NCBI RefSeq assembly: GCF_020745735.1
Contig: NC_083406.1
Location: 72,951,164-73,015,163, forward strand
Direction of reading: 5' to 3'
Length of the DNA stretch: 64,000 bases
Source: Hemiscyllium ocellatum
Lineage: Eukaryota
This document shows, piece after piece, positions 13,722 through 27,740 of this stretch; the stretch's first letter is position 1; each line of letters opens with the position of its first letter. The notes beneath the pieces were generated by a model. It saw only the letters and a program-made list of their open reading frames with translations, was not told the DNA's origin and ran no database searches. A program made the translations under genes and the position numbers.

Positions 13722-14069
13722 GCTCTAACAATCATTTCATTTCATTTGTTTCCATACTATTAAGTTCAGGTTTTTAGAAAAATGCTTGTATTTTTTCTTT
13801 TGAAGGCAATCCAATTGTTTGTTTAGCTGAGTGTTCAGACACATGTTAAGAAATGATCACCATGTTTAGGAGTCTCCAAACCAAACCACCAAAGTAATTT
13901 CCACTTGTATAATGCAGACCACATAAATATATCTGGAAGCAGTGTCCACTTACATACACTAACAAAAGTTGTGCATAGGTTAGAGCTATACATGAAAGAT
14001 TTATAATGTGCAGAAGAATATCCTGCATTTGATATATCTAAAACTGCAGGCTCTTCACACAGACTATTG

Positions 14070-14831
14070 TGTGTCGATGCTGTCACTTTTAAAAAGGTTA
14101 TTTTGTCCTGGGTTTTTTTTAAGAGAGTTTTTAAAGCAGGGATGCCAAAGGGTTTTGTCCTGAATCAAGTGTCTTTTTTTAACAACAGAAGGTGAGTGGC
14201 CAGTTCTCTCAGTTCAGGGTTTTCTAGTTGTTTTTAGCTGTAGCAGTCAGAAGATGTGTGAGTACCAGAAGGATTGCAAGCTTCACTAAATGATTCCTGA
14301 CTGACTTTCTCTGAAATCTCTCTGGATGTTCTTTCCTCCTGCCTCTGACAATCTGTGCTTGAATTTGCCTTTTTGCATTTATGGAAAAAGTGAGGTCTGC
14401 AGATGCTGGAGATCAGAGCTGAAAATGTGTTGCTGGTTAAAGTGCAGCAGGTCAGGCAGCATCCAAGGAACAGGAAATTCGATGTTTCGGCTTTCCTGTT
14501 CCTTGGATGCTGCCTGACCTGCTGCGCTTTAACCAGCAACAGATTTTCAGCTTTTTGCATTTATGGGATGTTACTGTTTTGGAGTTAATGAGTTAAGTTG
14601 CTGTATTGAATCAGTTAAGTTTTCCAATAGTAGGTTAATCTAAATTCTGTTTTCCTTGTGTCATATTTCAGCTTTAGGGTTTAAATAAATTCTGTTTTGC
14701 TTAAAGCTATGTGGTTTGACCAATGCTTCACAACTGGAACACTCACTTCACATCTGCCTTTAAAATAAAGGAACAGTTAGGGTCTAGGCTACCTTAACAT
14801 ATTTTGAGGGGATCTGCCCTGATCCATAACA
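14070..14831 (+). mobile_element. Solo LTR hosting a fold-back Penelope insertion
   Basis: TGT...CCATAACA termini and AATAAA near 14685. Confidence 0.55.
14385..14550. mobile_element. Fold-back Penelope-derived element (family A)
   Basis: Inverted arms 14417-14477 and 14492-14552 (2 mismatches); 16-bp TSD CTTTTTGCATTTATGG at 14369-14384 and 14551-14566. Confidence 0.88.
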
Positions 14832-14902
14832 GCTGTAGCCATTGTGTTGCTTGTGAAGTTTGAATGACTGCAAACATTGCAGAAATGTTTTATCCTTGTT
14901 TA

Positions 14903-15785
14903 TTTACGACACTAAGGTCAGTGGAGTTGTGGATAGTGACGAAGGATGTTGTAGATTACAGAGAAACATAGATAACCTGCAGAGCTGGGCTGAGAGGTGG
15001 CAAATGGAGTTTAATGCAGACAAGTGTGAGGTGATTCACCTTGTTCGGAGTAACGGAATGCAAAGTACTAGGCTAATGGTAAGATTCTTGGTAGTTTGGA
15101 TGAGCAGAGAGATCTCAGTGTCTATGTACACAGATCCTTGAAAGTTGCCACCAGGTTGACAGGGTTGTTAAGAATGCTTACAGTGTTTTAGCTTTTATTA
15201 ATAGAGGGATCGAGTTCCGGAACCATGAGATTATGCTGCAGCTGTACAAAGCTCTGGTGCGGCCGCACTTGGAGTGCTTTGTATAGTTCTGGTCACTGCA
15301 TTATAAGAAGGATGTGGAAGCTTTGGAAAAGGTGCAGAGGAGATTTACTAGGATATTGCGTGGTATGGAGGGAAGGTCTTACGAGGAAAGGCTGAGGGAC
15401 TTGAGGCTGTTTTCGTAAGAGAGAAGAAGGTTGAGAGGTGACTTAGTAGAGACATATAAGATAATCAGAGAGTTAGATAGGGTGGATAGTGAGAGCCTTT
15501 TTCCAAGTATGGTGACAGTGAGCACGAGGGGGCATAGCTTTAAATTGAGGGGCGATAGATATAGGACAGATGTCAGAGGTAGTTTCTTTACTCAGAGAGT
15601 AGTAAGGGTATGGAATGCTTTGCCTGCAATAGTAGTAGATTCGCCAACTTTAAATACATTTAAGTATTCATTGGTCAAGCATATGGATGTACATGGAATA
15701 GTGTAGGTTAGGTGGGCTTCAGACTGGTCGGCGCAACATTGAGGGCCGAAGGGTCTATACTGCGCTGTAATGTTCTATGTTCTAT
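14903..15785 (+). mobile_element. CR1 LINE 3' part
   Basis: WAERWQMEFNADKCEVIH and MRGDLVETYKII...FFTQRVVRVWNALP; (TTCTATG) tail. Confidence 0.9.
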
Positions 15786-17040
15786 AAAACCAGGGAATCT
15801 CAGACTGTAAATTTAGAAATTCTCGGACCCCTCATAGGCTACAAAATAGCAGTCTTTTATTGTTATCAAGCCGGCTGAGAGATTAATAGACAATAAATCG
15901 AGATTATCAATCAGAGATGACCTCAAATGTGCTAATAAATGATGTCTAATTCTTAGTGAAGAGGCAGCATAATATATACCCTTAATATGCGTAATCATAT
16001 CGTTTTTCTCCAATTCCAACCGTATAATGTTTCTAGTTTTAATTAGGTTCTCAGGAGGTATTTAATACATTAATGTTGCTTCACACATAAAATAAACAAT
16101 ACTGTTAATGTGGTGTTATTTGCATCACTGAGATAATACCTAGGTTACAATCAGTATTACGTTATAGTGACTGACTGGGAAACAGACAGATACTTCATTA
16201 TGCCAAGATTCATGCATTCCAATTCCATTCTTATGGTCACTGTGACTGCAGTAGCCATTTTAAACTTATCAGACAATTTATTATTGCAAGACGGAGATTT
16301 AAAATGGCTGCTTTTAATTGTTGGTTCCCCTATACTTCAAAGAAACCTTAATGACAAACCCACATTTCTAGGTACCAATGACCAGAAAGGTAAGCCAAAT
16401 ATCAATTGTGCTTTGACATACTTAACATTTGCCGAATTTGCCACAGAGTTTGAATTCAATTTTCATCTCTGATCAATAGGCAAGTTACCTTCGAGTGAAC
16501 TCAGTTCTAAGGGGATAGCATTTCACCTATCCCTTACCAAACAAAATAGCACGTCCCAGCTATGCAACAATGGGTATCATAAACTCAAGTTACCCACATA
16601 ACATAGAAAGTACTGCTGAAAAAGTGAGAGTGTGCTACCAATTGCAATATGGACATTCTAAAGATCCCATCAAATGTTGATACTGCTCAACAACTCCACT
16701 ACATTCAACTATACCCAGTAAGTTTGCAATCACTTAACTGATCCAAAGATAATTTAGAGCAGATAAAATTGATTTCAGAAGCATCTTAAAAAAGAGAAAA
16801 GATGAAAGACAGAATTGTAGGTGGAAAATCCAGTGCTTTACACCTAGACAACACAAGGCATGGCTATATTGGTTGGAAGATGATGAGACAATTAGGAGGG
16901 ATACAAAAAGGTCAAGTCTGGTGATAGCAAATGCATGCATGAGAGTTTCCGTGGTAGATTAGCAGAGATAATCATTGAGCCAGGTGAACTATATAGATGT
17001 GGAAATACATAGCCTTAGTGATTCAACAGAGTTTTAAAAC

Positions 17041-18088
17041 TTTATTCATGGGATATGACGAAAGCTGGTCAGCATTTCTTGCCTTTGCCTCAATGTCTTT
17101 CAGAAATTGGTAATGAGTAGCTTTTTTGAACTGCTGCAGTTCCAGCATTGTTCAGGAGGGAGTTATAGGATTTTGACCAAGAAACCACAAAAAAAAGTGA
17201 TATAGTTCCAAATCAAATGGCATTTAGCACGGAACTTGGCATGTTGCTGCAGTGTCTCTTGAAGATGGTCCACACAATGGCTACTGAACATCTATGGTGG
17301 AGAGAGAGTGGGTATTTGGGAATATGATGGGAATCAAGAGGACTGTTTTATCCTAGATGGTATCAAACTTCTTCAATGGTGTTGGAACTGTTTATCCAGA
17401 CAAATGGGGAGTATTCCATCATCCTCCTGAGCTGTGCCTTGTAGATGGTGGACAGGCTTTGGGGAAATCAGGAGGTGAGTTACTCACTGCAGAATTCATA
17501 ACCTTTAGCCTGTTCTTGTAGTTACAAAATTCAGTTTCTGGTCAATGGTAACTGACAGGATGTAGATAATGGGGGCTTCAATGATGTTAATGTCAATGGT
17601 AATGCCTCCAAATTTTGTTGTGTTTGAAAATAGACTGCTTCAATATCTGAGGAATCACAAATGGTACTGTACGTTGTGCAATCATCAAAAATCCCTAGAC
17701 CTAAGGTAATGATGGAGCAAAGGTCATTGACGGAGTAGCTGAAGATATTTGGTCTTGTGAAGCTACCCTGTGGAACTTTTGCAGAGATGTCCTTGACCCA
17801 AGATGTTTGATCTCCAATTTGATCCAATGGTTGTTAAATTTTTATTACTTGTTGCTTATGTTCTTTGGCACGCATGTAGTTCTGTTCCGAGAATTCACCA
17901 GATTGACACCTCATTTTTAGATATGCCTGGTGCTTCTCCTGGCATGCCCTCCTGCACTTTCCATTGAACAAGGATTGATTGGTTTGGTGGTAATGGTTGT
18001 GTGGGGATATGCCAGGCATGAGGTTGTAAATTGTTTTGGAGTACAATTATTCTGCTGTTGATGGCCCAGACTATTTCATGGATGCCCA
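17041..18088 (-). mobile_element. Decayed LINE (second family) with RT relic
   Basis: ORF 17531-17827 DISAKVPQGS...IFSYSVNDL...IFDDCT. Confidence 0.7.
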
Positions 18089-18089
18089 A

Positions 18090-20665
18090 TTTTTTTATGC
18101 CACAAAAATTGAATGGACTTTGTTGATCCCCTGAACTACCTCTCTTAGAATTGATTTGTGTTGCTTTGGGACTTCAACTTCACTCACTTAAATAGATTTC
18201 TCTAGAGTCAAGTCTTCTTTGGACTGCAATAATTCTGACAAAGACTCATCAGCAGATCCTGCAAAATTTCTTTTGAAATGAATTCTGATTTTATATCATC
18301 ACCAATCTATAGTGATTGTTAATTAAACATTATGGATTTCTCATTGATGCTGAACTCTTTTATTGAATCTTGCTCTTTCAAGAGGTTTAAGTAATTCTCA
18401 AAGGCTTCCATTAACTCTTCAAAAATATTTGTTGCTTCTTTTACCCCTTGGTGAGCGATAACACCACTATCTATATTTCAAATTGTGTCTAGTCATGCAT
18501 TTATGTCTTCAGTTTTTAACCTATTAGCTCATTTAGATATTATTCTGTATTTCAGAATTACTTTCTCTAAGACGTCCAATTCTGTATTCCATTTGGCCCA
18601 ACACTGAAAATAAGTCCGATGCCATGTTGTCTAAATTCAAAATATATTTTGCTAAAATACTTTTTTTTTGCAGTAACAGTAGTTTTGTTGCTCTAAAATT
18701 CAGTCATAGGATATGGGCATTGCTAGATAGGTTAGCTTTTATTGCCTATTCCTAATTACACTTAAGAGGCTGTTGGTGAGGTACCTTCTTGAATTGCTGT
18801 GGTGTTAGTATATTTCTAATGCTGTTAGGGAGGGAATTCCAGGACATTGATCCCGTGACAATTAAGTGATAGTGATATTCCAGATCAAGACAATGGGTAG
18901 CTTCGAGAGAAACATGCAGGTGGTGGTTATCTCATCCTTATCCTTATAGGTGAATGTTTTGCATGACAAGAAGGTGATGTCGAAGGAGCCTCAGTGAGTT
19001 TCTGCTGTGCATCTTGTAGATAATACCCACTGCTGCTGATATGCATTAGTGATGGAGGCAATGAATGTTGAAGATAGTGGATATGGTGTTAATCAAGCAG
19101 GCTTTTTTGTCCAGGATGGTGCAGAGTGTTGTTGGAGTTGCACTCATTCAGGCAAACCGGGTGTATTCCACCACACCCCTGACTTGTACGTTGCAATTGG
19201 TGAACAAGCCTTGGGGAATCAGGAAGCATGTTGCCTTGGACCCTCTATCATAGCCACTGTGGTTAAATGGTTGGTCTGGTCAGTTCCTAGTCAATGGTAA
19301 TCCCCAGGAAGCTGATGGTAGGGGATTCAGTGATGGTAATGCCATTGAATGCCAAGGGTCGATATTTGGATTTTCTTTTGTTTGAGATGGTCATTCCATG
19401 GCACTTGTGTGACACCAATATTGCTTTTCACTTACCCGCCAAGCCTGAATGTGTCCAGATCTTGCTGCATTTGGGCACAGAATGCTGATGTTCTGCTGTG
19501 TGGTGGGTTTTTCTGTTTTGCAGCTAATTGGAAGATTTTGATATATTTTTCAGCTCCACAGTATGAATCCCACGATCACAGTTTTATTAAATGATTCCCA
19601 CTTTGATCAACAGTTTTACTGAATAACTCCCATTGCTTCTGGTTTAAATAAATTATTCCTGACTTTACTGTGGTTTTTATTATGGATGACTGCCTTTTCT
19701 GCAGTCTGACTAAAGTCTCCCAAATGTTCTGTCCCTTTTAGATGAGATTTGCTTCAGCTTTTAATCTGCACAACATTGTGGAGGCAGCAATTAAAGCGAC
19801 AATGTCCCCAAGTCAGTGACCTCAGGTTGATATTCTTTTCCCCGTCCTTTACTTCCATTACTGTCGCTATGCTGCATGGTGCCCAGTTGTTCTGGTAATG
19901 TGCTTCTTTTGAGCTCTAAATAATTTTATTGTCTTCTCACTTTTTCAGCTCGGATTGCAGCACATTTCTGAATGTGTCACCAGGGATTTTAAGCCTTATT
20001 CACAGAGCTTCTGACGACAGTTCGCTAGCTGCTCAATTTTGACTCGTGTTCACTCCCACAGACCACAGTCTTGTGCTGCAGCCTATATTTCTTTTGGCAC
20101 TACTTATTCTCCTTCTCCAAGGAGTGGCTAACTCCCCTGTGTTTCTTTACAGGTCTGAAATGCTTTTATTTTATCATTCCACGTTGAGGACTGACATGAG
20201 AGGTTTTTCTATAGGATGCTTAAATGATCGGCTCTTTCCTACTGCTGACTGTGCTGGATGAGCAGGCAATTTAAAGCTGAGTGTGAAGATTTCACATCCC
20301 TGCTCACCACATAATGTAGGAGCACCAAAATCAAATCCACAATGCTCCCTCCCATGTTGTACAGGGTGCCAGTTCACCACACTGACTGGACTGCTGCTCC
20401 TGATGAAGGTTGCTGGCACCATCCTCTTTAAGTGTTGGAAACTTCAGGGCCTACTTGGTCTTGTATAGCAATAAAACTGCCCGGTCTAACAAGAAAAGTC
20501 TCTTGTGGTTAACAAGACTTAATTTATGTATGTTAGCTATTAGTTGCTGGTCATATAGATATAATAGATGTTGTTCAGAGACTTTGGAGAGGACCAGATG
20601 CTCGGTCTCATGCCTTTGAGATCTAAGTTGTTCTGCCCACACCTCCATACGGCACTATTATAACA
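18090..20665 (-). mobile_element. Decayed Gypsy LTR retrotransposon copy A (gag relic, upstream region, possible LTR at about 20462-20665), interrupted by a LINE
   Basis: Minus-strand LERARFNK and ADESLSELLQSKEDLTLEKSI at about 18190-18385; colinear similarity with 46200-47700. Confidence 0.6.
18700..19487 (-). mobile_element. LINE 3' fragment (second family)
   Basis: Same tail and ORF2 end as the 17041 copy. Confidence 0.65.
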
Positions 20666-20696
20666 GGTAATCTGATGGTAGTCCTCCTTTTTTTAA

Positions 20697-21025
20697 ATTT
20701 ATTCGTTCACAGAATGTGGGCATCATCAGTGAAGCCAGCATTTATTGCCAATCCCTAATTGCCCCAAGGGCAGTTAAGAGACAACCACATTGTTGTGCAT
20801 TTGGAGCTACATATGGACCAGACCAGGCATGGACAACAGATTCATTCCCAAAAGAACATTACTGAACCAGATGGGGTTTTTCGAACAACGGTGCCATCAT
20901 TAGACTCTTAACTTCACATTTATGTTGAATTCAAATTCTACCATGTGCCATGGCAGAACTTGAACCCAGGTCCACAGAACACTACCTAGATCTCTGTCTA
21001 ATGATAATATCACTAGGCCATCGCC
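20697..21025 (-). mobile_element. Short repeat sharing the second LINE family's tail; related copies at about 23391-23760 (-) and 24120-24450 (+)
   Basis: The blocks gccagcatttattgcc..ccctaattgccc and cagttaagag.caaccacattg recur at 23391-23560. Confidence 0.6.
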
Positions 21026-21643
21026 CTTCCAGGACCATATACAACAATGCCCCTTCAAATGTTTTTGTTAGTTCAAATCTTGGGCAAAATCTGCAGAAAA
21101 CAGTCACATGCTGACAAAATGGATACTACATGCAATCAGTTAGATTTATCTTGAGTATAGATTCTGAATATATTAAAGAAGCTGAAACTTCAGGCCAATC
21201 TGAATTGCGTAGCATAGTAATTCACTATAATGTCCCACGCTGCCTTATTGCATTCTTGTCTATTTGTCACTGGGTAAGGTGACTTCTTAAAGTCTCACTG
21301 AATAATTTGTCCTGCAGTTTCAAGATTTGTCAGTTTTCTAAAGCTGGCTGGGAAAACATCACAGGGCCTATTTAGGAATATTATCAGTAAAATTAATAAC
21401 AGGAACATTTGTCCTGTTAGTCATCCCTGAAGGATATCAAGGTTTTTACAGAAAGGATCTGTGGAGAGCAACACACAATGACCTCCTTCAGATCAACCCT
21501 CTTCCATCAATGGTTTTCTGGCATGATACATGGTGATTGCAGAGCTTCTGATATACCAACTTTTCTGTTCAAAGTTTGTGAGAAGATTTGTAGCTCAGGT
21601 GCTCGTTGTTGTGGTTCTGTTCGCCGAGCTGGGAGTTTTTGTT

Positions 21644-21683
21644 GCAAACGTTTCGTCCCCTTTCTAAGTGACATCCTCAGTGC
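21644..21683 (-). ncRNA. Minimal hammerhead ribozyme motif (family B), core intact
   Basis: gca-CTGAGGA-t-gtcactt-aga-aaggggac-GAAA-c-GTT-tgc. Confidence 0.72.
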
Positions 21684-22533
21684 TTGGGAGCCTCCTGTGT
21701 AGCGCTTCTGTGCTGATTCCTCCAGCATTTATATTGGTTTGAATCTGCCGCTTCCAGTTGTCAGTTGCTGTCCGCTGCAGTGGTCGGTATATAGGGTCTA
21801 GTTTGATGTGTCTGTTGATAGAATTTGTGGATGAGTGCCATGTCTCTAGGAATTCCCTGGCTGTTCTTTGTTTGGCCTGCCCTATAATAGTGGTGTTGTC
21901 CCAATCGAATTCGTGTTGTTTATCATCTGAGTGTATGGCTACTAGGGTTAGCTGGTTGTGTCGTTTCATGGCTAGTTGGTGTTCATGGATGCGGGTTGTT
22001 AGCTGTCTTCCTGTTTGTCCTATGTAGTGTTTTGTGCATCCATACATCAGGAGCATTTCTGAACTGACAACCAGATGGCTGCGATCACTAGGACTCATAA
22101 CAGCACAAAAACCAACAGCCACTCTCAGACAACAACTCACCAGGACAAAGGACCCGATACCCAGCAGGAGCAAAACCAACATAGTGTACAAAATCCCATG
22201 CACAAAACACTACATAGGACAAACAGGAAGACAGCTAACAACCCGCATCCATGAACACCAACTAGCCATGAAACGACACGACCAGCTATCCCTAGTAGCC
22301 ATACACTCAGATGACAAACAACACCACTATTATAGGGCAGGCCAAACAAAGAACAGCCAGGGAATTCCTAGAGGCATGGCACTCATCCACAAATTCTATC
22401 AACAGACACATCGAACTAGACCCTATATACCGACCACTGCAGCGGACAGCAACTGACAACCGGAAGCGGCAGATTCAAACCAGTATAAATGCCGAAGGAG
22501 TCAGCACAGAAGCGCTTCACAGGAGGCTCCCAA

Positions 22534-22573
22534 GCACTGAAGATGTCACCTAGAAAGGGGACGAAACGTTTGC
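22534..22573 (+). ncRNA. Minimal hammerhead ribozyme motif (family B), core intact
   Basis: gca-CTGAAGA-t-gtcacct-agaa-aggggac-GAAA-c-GTT-tgc; stem I gca/tgc and palindromic ACGT in place of stem III. Confidence 0.75.
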
Positions 22574-23881
22574 AACAAAAACTTCCAGCTGGGCGAACAG
22601 AACCACAACAACATTTCTGTTGCAAAGTATTTTCTCTCTTTCCACAAACCACTATTTCTCTTATAAAAATCTATTGAACAGCTAATGCAGGACAAAATAA
22701 TAATAGATTGATATACCAGGCACCATTTTTGCTTTAAAAGGCACAAACAGGTACTTAGCAACACATTACCCTTTATAGATACCTTGTAGCTTGGTTTGTT
22801 TATTCCTATTGCAAGCTACTTGCAAAGTATTTATTTCATGAATAAAACTAGATTTAAAAAAATCTGGGGAATTTAACTGCAAAGGGCTTAATTGCATTTC
22901 TCCAGGATACATTTTACTGGATTTTTTATTAAAGCGAAAATGAGGTACATTTGTCATTTTTTCCTTCATTATCATTCTCAACATCATTGTTAAAAAATAT
23001 AGTGCTACCTTTCTCAGTGTGAAGGGAAGACTGTGACAGTACATTTCAAGACTTCTTTGACTTGGTGCACTTTGACACTTGGGCAAACAGAAACTGGCAT
23101 TGGAGTTCAAAACCATTGTTTCCTTCAGAGTACAGCTATGCTCAGGTGCTATCTCTGACTCTGTTTATCTTTCAAGAATTTTCTTACTATGTTTCATCTT
23201 CTACTTCCCCACCAGCAGGAAGCCTGCATTTGATGTGTTGATCTATGTTTCATTCCCCCTTCCATTTTAGTTTTTAGCACCTTCTTCCTCTGGGTCCAAT
23301 CAGGCGCTAGTTGTTCCTCACCTAAGTCTATAACTTTGATGTACTTTCTCTGTCTGCTTGCCACTAGCACTTAATCTATTTGCTGTTTCTTTTCATTCAT
23401 GGGATGTGACGTTACTGGCCAACATTTGTTGTTCATCCCTAAATGCCCTCAAAATAATTGACTTGCTTAGCCATTTCAGAGGACAGTTAAGAGTCAATTG
23501 CATTGTTATGGGTCTGGAGTCACATGAAGGTCGGAGTGAATAAAGATAGCAGACTTCCTTCCCCAAAAGAATATTAGTGAGTCAGAATGATTTTCAACAA
23601 TAATCCATAATGGTTACTATAGTAATAATTACGGAGAACAGTTTTATATTTGAGCATAATTAACTGAATTTGAATTATGCCATGTGCCACATTTAAAATA
23701 CTTTCCCCAGAGTGTGTGCTGTGGAGTATTAGTCCAGCGACATTACCACCATGTCACTTTCCCCATGTCATCCACCCGAGTTAACTTAGACCTTGTCTGC
23801 ATATGACCTTGTCTGTTGCTGTGTGACACAGTGGAAGGCTGACTACTAAAAGTCTGTATTCCTGTCTGTATTGCTGTATTT

Positions 23882-23972
23882 CTGGTGAAGGGCTTTTGCC
23901 CAAAATGTCGATTTTACTGCTCCTCAGATGCTGTCTGAACTGCTGTGCTCTTCCTGCACCACTAATCCAGAT
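23882..23972 (+). mobile_element. Penelope-derived short element (family A) starting at a decayed hammerhead
   Basis: CTGGTGA-a-gggc-tttt-gccc-AAAA-tgtcga followed by the family A body. Confidence 0.7.
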
Positions 23973-24894
23973 ACTGAAAGTCTTAACTGTCCATGTCTTT
24001 TCATTAACTCTATTGTTATTTCAAGTATCCACAATTTTAGTGGAAATTAATACATTGTAATTATGCTGCCGGTAGAACTGGTGGAATTGCCATAGCACCA
24101 ATATTAACAGATCATTGTTTTAAAGTATGAAAATCAACTATCGGCCACATGTCACTAAACCAATTTAGAGGCCTGTGGTAATGATCTAAAGAGGAGTACA
24201 AATTCCACCTCACAGCTGGCAATTCTAAATTTAATAAACAAATCAATCCTGAACAGAAACTGTAATCAGTAATGACCTGGATGTTGTTGTAAAATCCCAT
24301 CTGGTCACTAATGCTTTTGAGGAAAATAAATCCATCATCATAACTTGGTCCGGTCAATATGTGACTTAGTATCGCAACAATGTTGCTGACTCGTCTGAAA
24401 TAGCTTTATATTTCCTTAATTAATAACTAGTCATAAGTAATAAATGTTAAACCTGGATTTTCATCTAGGAGGGAGGAGTTGCGAGTTGGGCCATTTGCCA
24501 GCATCATTCTGTTTCCTGACTGCAGGACTCACTCACATTACTTTCACACCGGGTGATGCGAGTAAACTGAAGTCTGGATCACCACCTCCCAACGGAAGGC
24601 AGAATTAGCATGGAGTTGGGTGAATGCCAGGATAGGCAAGTTCAAAAGTCTGTCTCAGCTCCACAGGACATCAGCCCAGCTCTACACATGAATATTCTAG
24701 CTGTCATCCCTCATCCACCATATTTCCTGTCCTGCTCATACCCACATATCCTCTTAAACCATTCACCATGTACCAGTATGGACAGAATGCATGAACCCCA
24801 TAATGAAGTAGGGAACTCTTTGCTATGAACATGAAATGTTCAAATTAAACAGCCCTTCAAGCACTTCTTGAACTAATTTTCTGACTTCCCAAGG

Positions 24895-25432
24895 ACTGTT
24901 CACTATCTAGAAGTTACAAGTAAACAGTGTGATGGAATACTAGCCCACTTGTTCTGGATGGGTGCAGCTCCAATGACACTCATAAAGCTTGACACTATCC
25001 AGGACAAAGCAGCCTGCTTGAATGACACCACATCCACAATCATCCACTCTCTCCTTCACCAATGTAGCAGTGTGTATTATCTACACAACAGATAATAGTT
25101 GTACAATAGATAATAGATGCACAATAGAAATTCATTTAGACAGCATCTTCCAAACCCATGAAAACTACCATCCAGAAGGTCAAGGCAGAAAATACATAGG
25201 AGTGCCACCAGTTACAAGTTCCCCTCCAAATCACTCACAAACCTGACTTGGAGATATGTTGCCATACCTTCACTGTCATTGGGTCAAAATTCTGGAATTA
25301 CCTCACTAATGCATGGTGGACTGCACATGGACTCCAGTGGCTCAAAAAGGCAGCTCACAATCACTTTCTCATCAGCATGTGCAATAAATGCCAGCCCAGT
25401 CATCAACATCCACATCAAAAAATTGAATTAAA
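24895..25432 (+). mobile_element. LINE 3' fragment (second family)
   Basis: KLDTIQDKAACL relic and family tail. Confidence 0.7.
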
Positions 25433-26454
25433 AAAATACTTTAATCCCCCTAGGAGCTCATAAAACTGTCAAAATAAATAAACAGTCATTCAAACAGTAT
25501 AATCCTCTTAGAAGCTCAATCTAAACCAAGTAAAAGTCACTTTGACAGCTGTATGAAGAATCACTGTTGAGTTGAGATAATCTTTGATATTTAATGGAAC
25601 CGACAGGATGACTTTCCTAACTAGGGCATGGTGTTTTGTCTTCCAGCTGAAGATTATCCCGAGGCTTTTCTATGACAGATAAGATATGTATCTAGCTTTA
25701 CAGATAAAAATTACATCATTTATAATAGAATTGGCTACCTGTATTATTATGCAAGTTTGGCACAACTTTTGAAACAATCGTCACATAAACATGAAACAGG
25801 ATAGCCAAAACAAATATGTGTAGTACTTGTTGAGTTAATACATAAATTTCAGACCAGACAAGCAGTGTACCTTTGAAACAGTTCATGACATCATGATATA
25901 TGGCATTCTACAATAAAGGTACCTCTTGCCTTTATTCAGGTCTCACTGCAATGGAATCAGTGTGTGTTGAGACATTGAGTGATAGTCATACAGCATGGAA
26001 ACAGACCATTTGGTCCAATCTGTCCATTGCTGAACTTAAGCCTAAACTAAACTAGTCCCACCTGCCTATATTTAATGTACAGTAATACCAGTAAGCACAT
26101 ATTCCAGGCTGTGTGAAAGTCTGAGATATCATAATGTGTAAATGGTTAGTGTTGTTAACAAACCTCAAGACGTCTCTCTCAGCAAGAAGTCTGGTTCTGT
26201 GGTATATGTCCCATGATCTAACATAAAGGACAGCCTCAGGCCATAACGTCAGTGGCATGTTTGATTCAAAAAACTAGGTCAATGTCTTTTCTATTGAATT
26301 TATACTTTCAAATCAAATGATTCAATTTCTTCATTTATTGTCATTAAGATTTAAATCAAAGCAACAAGCATCACAACTCTGGCTATTGAAAAATTGCAAA
26401 CATTGCAGCCTTCTTCAACAGATATTTTTGTCAACCTTTTCACACAGAAGAGGA

Positions 26455-27740
26455 GCTGCTGAAGGTCTTAAAATGCATAAAGGTAGATAAATCCCAAGGA
26501 CCTGATCAAGCGTTTCCCAGAATGTTGTGGGAAGTTAATGAAAAGTTTGCTGGGCCTTTTGCTGAGATATTTGTATAATTGATAGCCACGGGTAAGGTGC
26601 CAGAAGTCTGGAGCTTGGCTAATGTGGTGCCATTATTTAAGAAAGGCTATGAGAAAAAACCAGGGAACTATGAACAAGTGAGCCCTATGTTAGTAATGGG
26701 TAATTTGTTATAGGAAATCCTGAGAGAGAGAATTTACATGCATTTGGAAAGGCAAGGATTAATTAGGGATAGTGAACATGGGAAATCATGTCTTAGTAAC
26801 TTGATTGGGTTTTTTGAAGAGGTGACAAAGAAGATTGATGAAGGCAGAGCAGTAGACATTGTCTATATGGACTTCAGCAAAGCATTCGACAAGGTTCTGC
26901 ATGGTAGAATGATTCGTAAAATTAGATCACATGGGATCCAGGGGGAGCTAGCCAATTGGATATAAAATTGGCTTGAAGGTAGGAGACAGAAGATGGTGGT
27001 GGACGATAGCTTTTCAGACTGGGGGTCTGTGACCAGTAGTGTGCCATAAGGATCGATGCTGAGTCCACTGCTTTTCATCATTTATACAAATGATTTGAAT
27101 GTGAACATAGGAGGTATGGTTAATAAATTGGAAACTGGCACCATTAGGTAATGTAGTGGACAGAGAATAAGATTATCTCAGAGTACAATGAGACCTTGAT
27201 CAGATGGGCTAATTGGCCGAGGATTGATAATGGAGCTTAATTTAGATAAAAGTGAGGTGATGCACTTTAGTAAGGCAAATCAGCACAGGATTTATACACT
27301 TAATTATAGGGCCTTGTGGAGTGTTGCTAAACAAAGAGACATAGTGGTGCAGCTGCATAGTTCCTTAAAAGTGGAATTGCAAGTGGACAGGTTAGTGAAG
27401 AAGGCATTTGGTTCGCTTACCGTCATTGGACAGAAATTTGAGTGCAGGAAATGCAATGTCATATTCAGAATGTACAGGCTATTGGTGAGGCTGTTTTTGG
27501 AACATTATATTCAATTCTGGTCGCCCTTCTATAAGAAAGATATTATTAAACTTGAGAGGTTGCAGAAAAGATTTACAAGGATGTTGCCAGGACTGGACAG
27601 TTTGAGCTATAGGGAGAAGCTGAATAGACTGGGACTTTTTCCCTGGAACATTGGAGAGTGAGGGGTAACCTTATAGAGATTTATAAAATTATGAGGGGCA
27701 TGGATAGAATAAGTAGACAAGGTCATTTTCTGAGGAGAGG
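26455..27740 (+). mobile_element. CR1 LINE ORF2 RT region, decayed
   Basis: GKSCLSNLIGFFEEVTKKIDEGRAVDIVYMDFSKAFDKV and LERLQKRFTRMLPGL. Confidence 0.9.

Larger units (their letters stand above)
21576..22612. mobile_element. About 1-kb fold-back Penelope-like element (family B): two inverted GIY-YIG-to-3'-end copies
   Basis: Arms 21605-22039 and 22198-22612. GIY-YIG NIVYKIPCTKHYIGQTGRQLTTRIHEH...AREFLEAWHS. Degenerate TSD CAACTTTTCTGTT-CAAAGT (21557-21575) and CAACATTTCTGTTGCAAAGT (22609-22628). Confidence 0.92.

Noticed and set aside
14234-14588. Similar peptides on both strands (also 27782-28112 and 21478-22764) suggesting a gene family
   Set aside because: They arise from translating the two arms of palindromic repeats.
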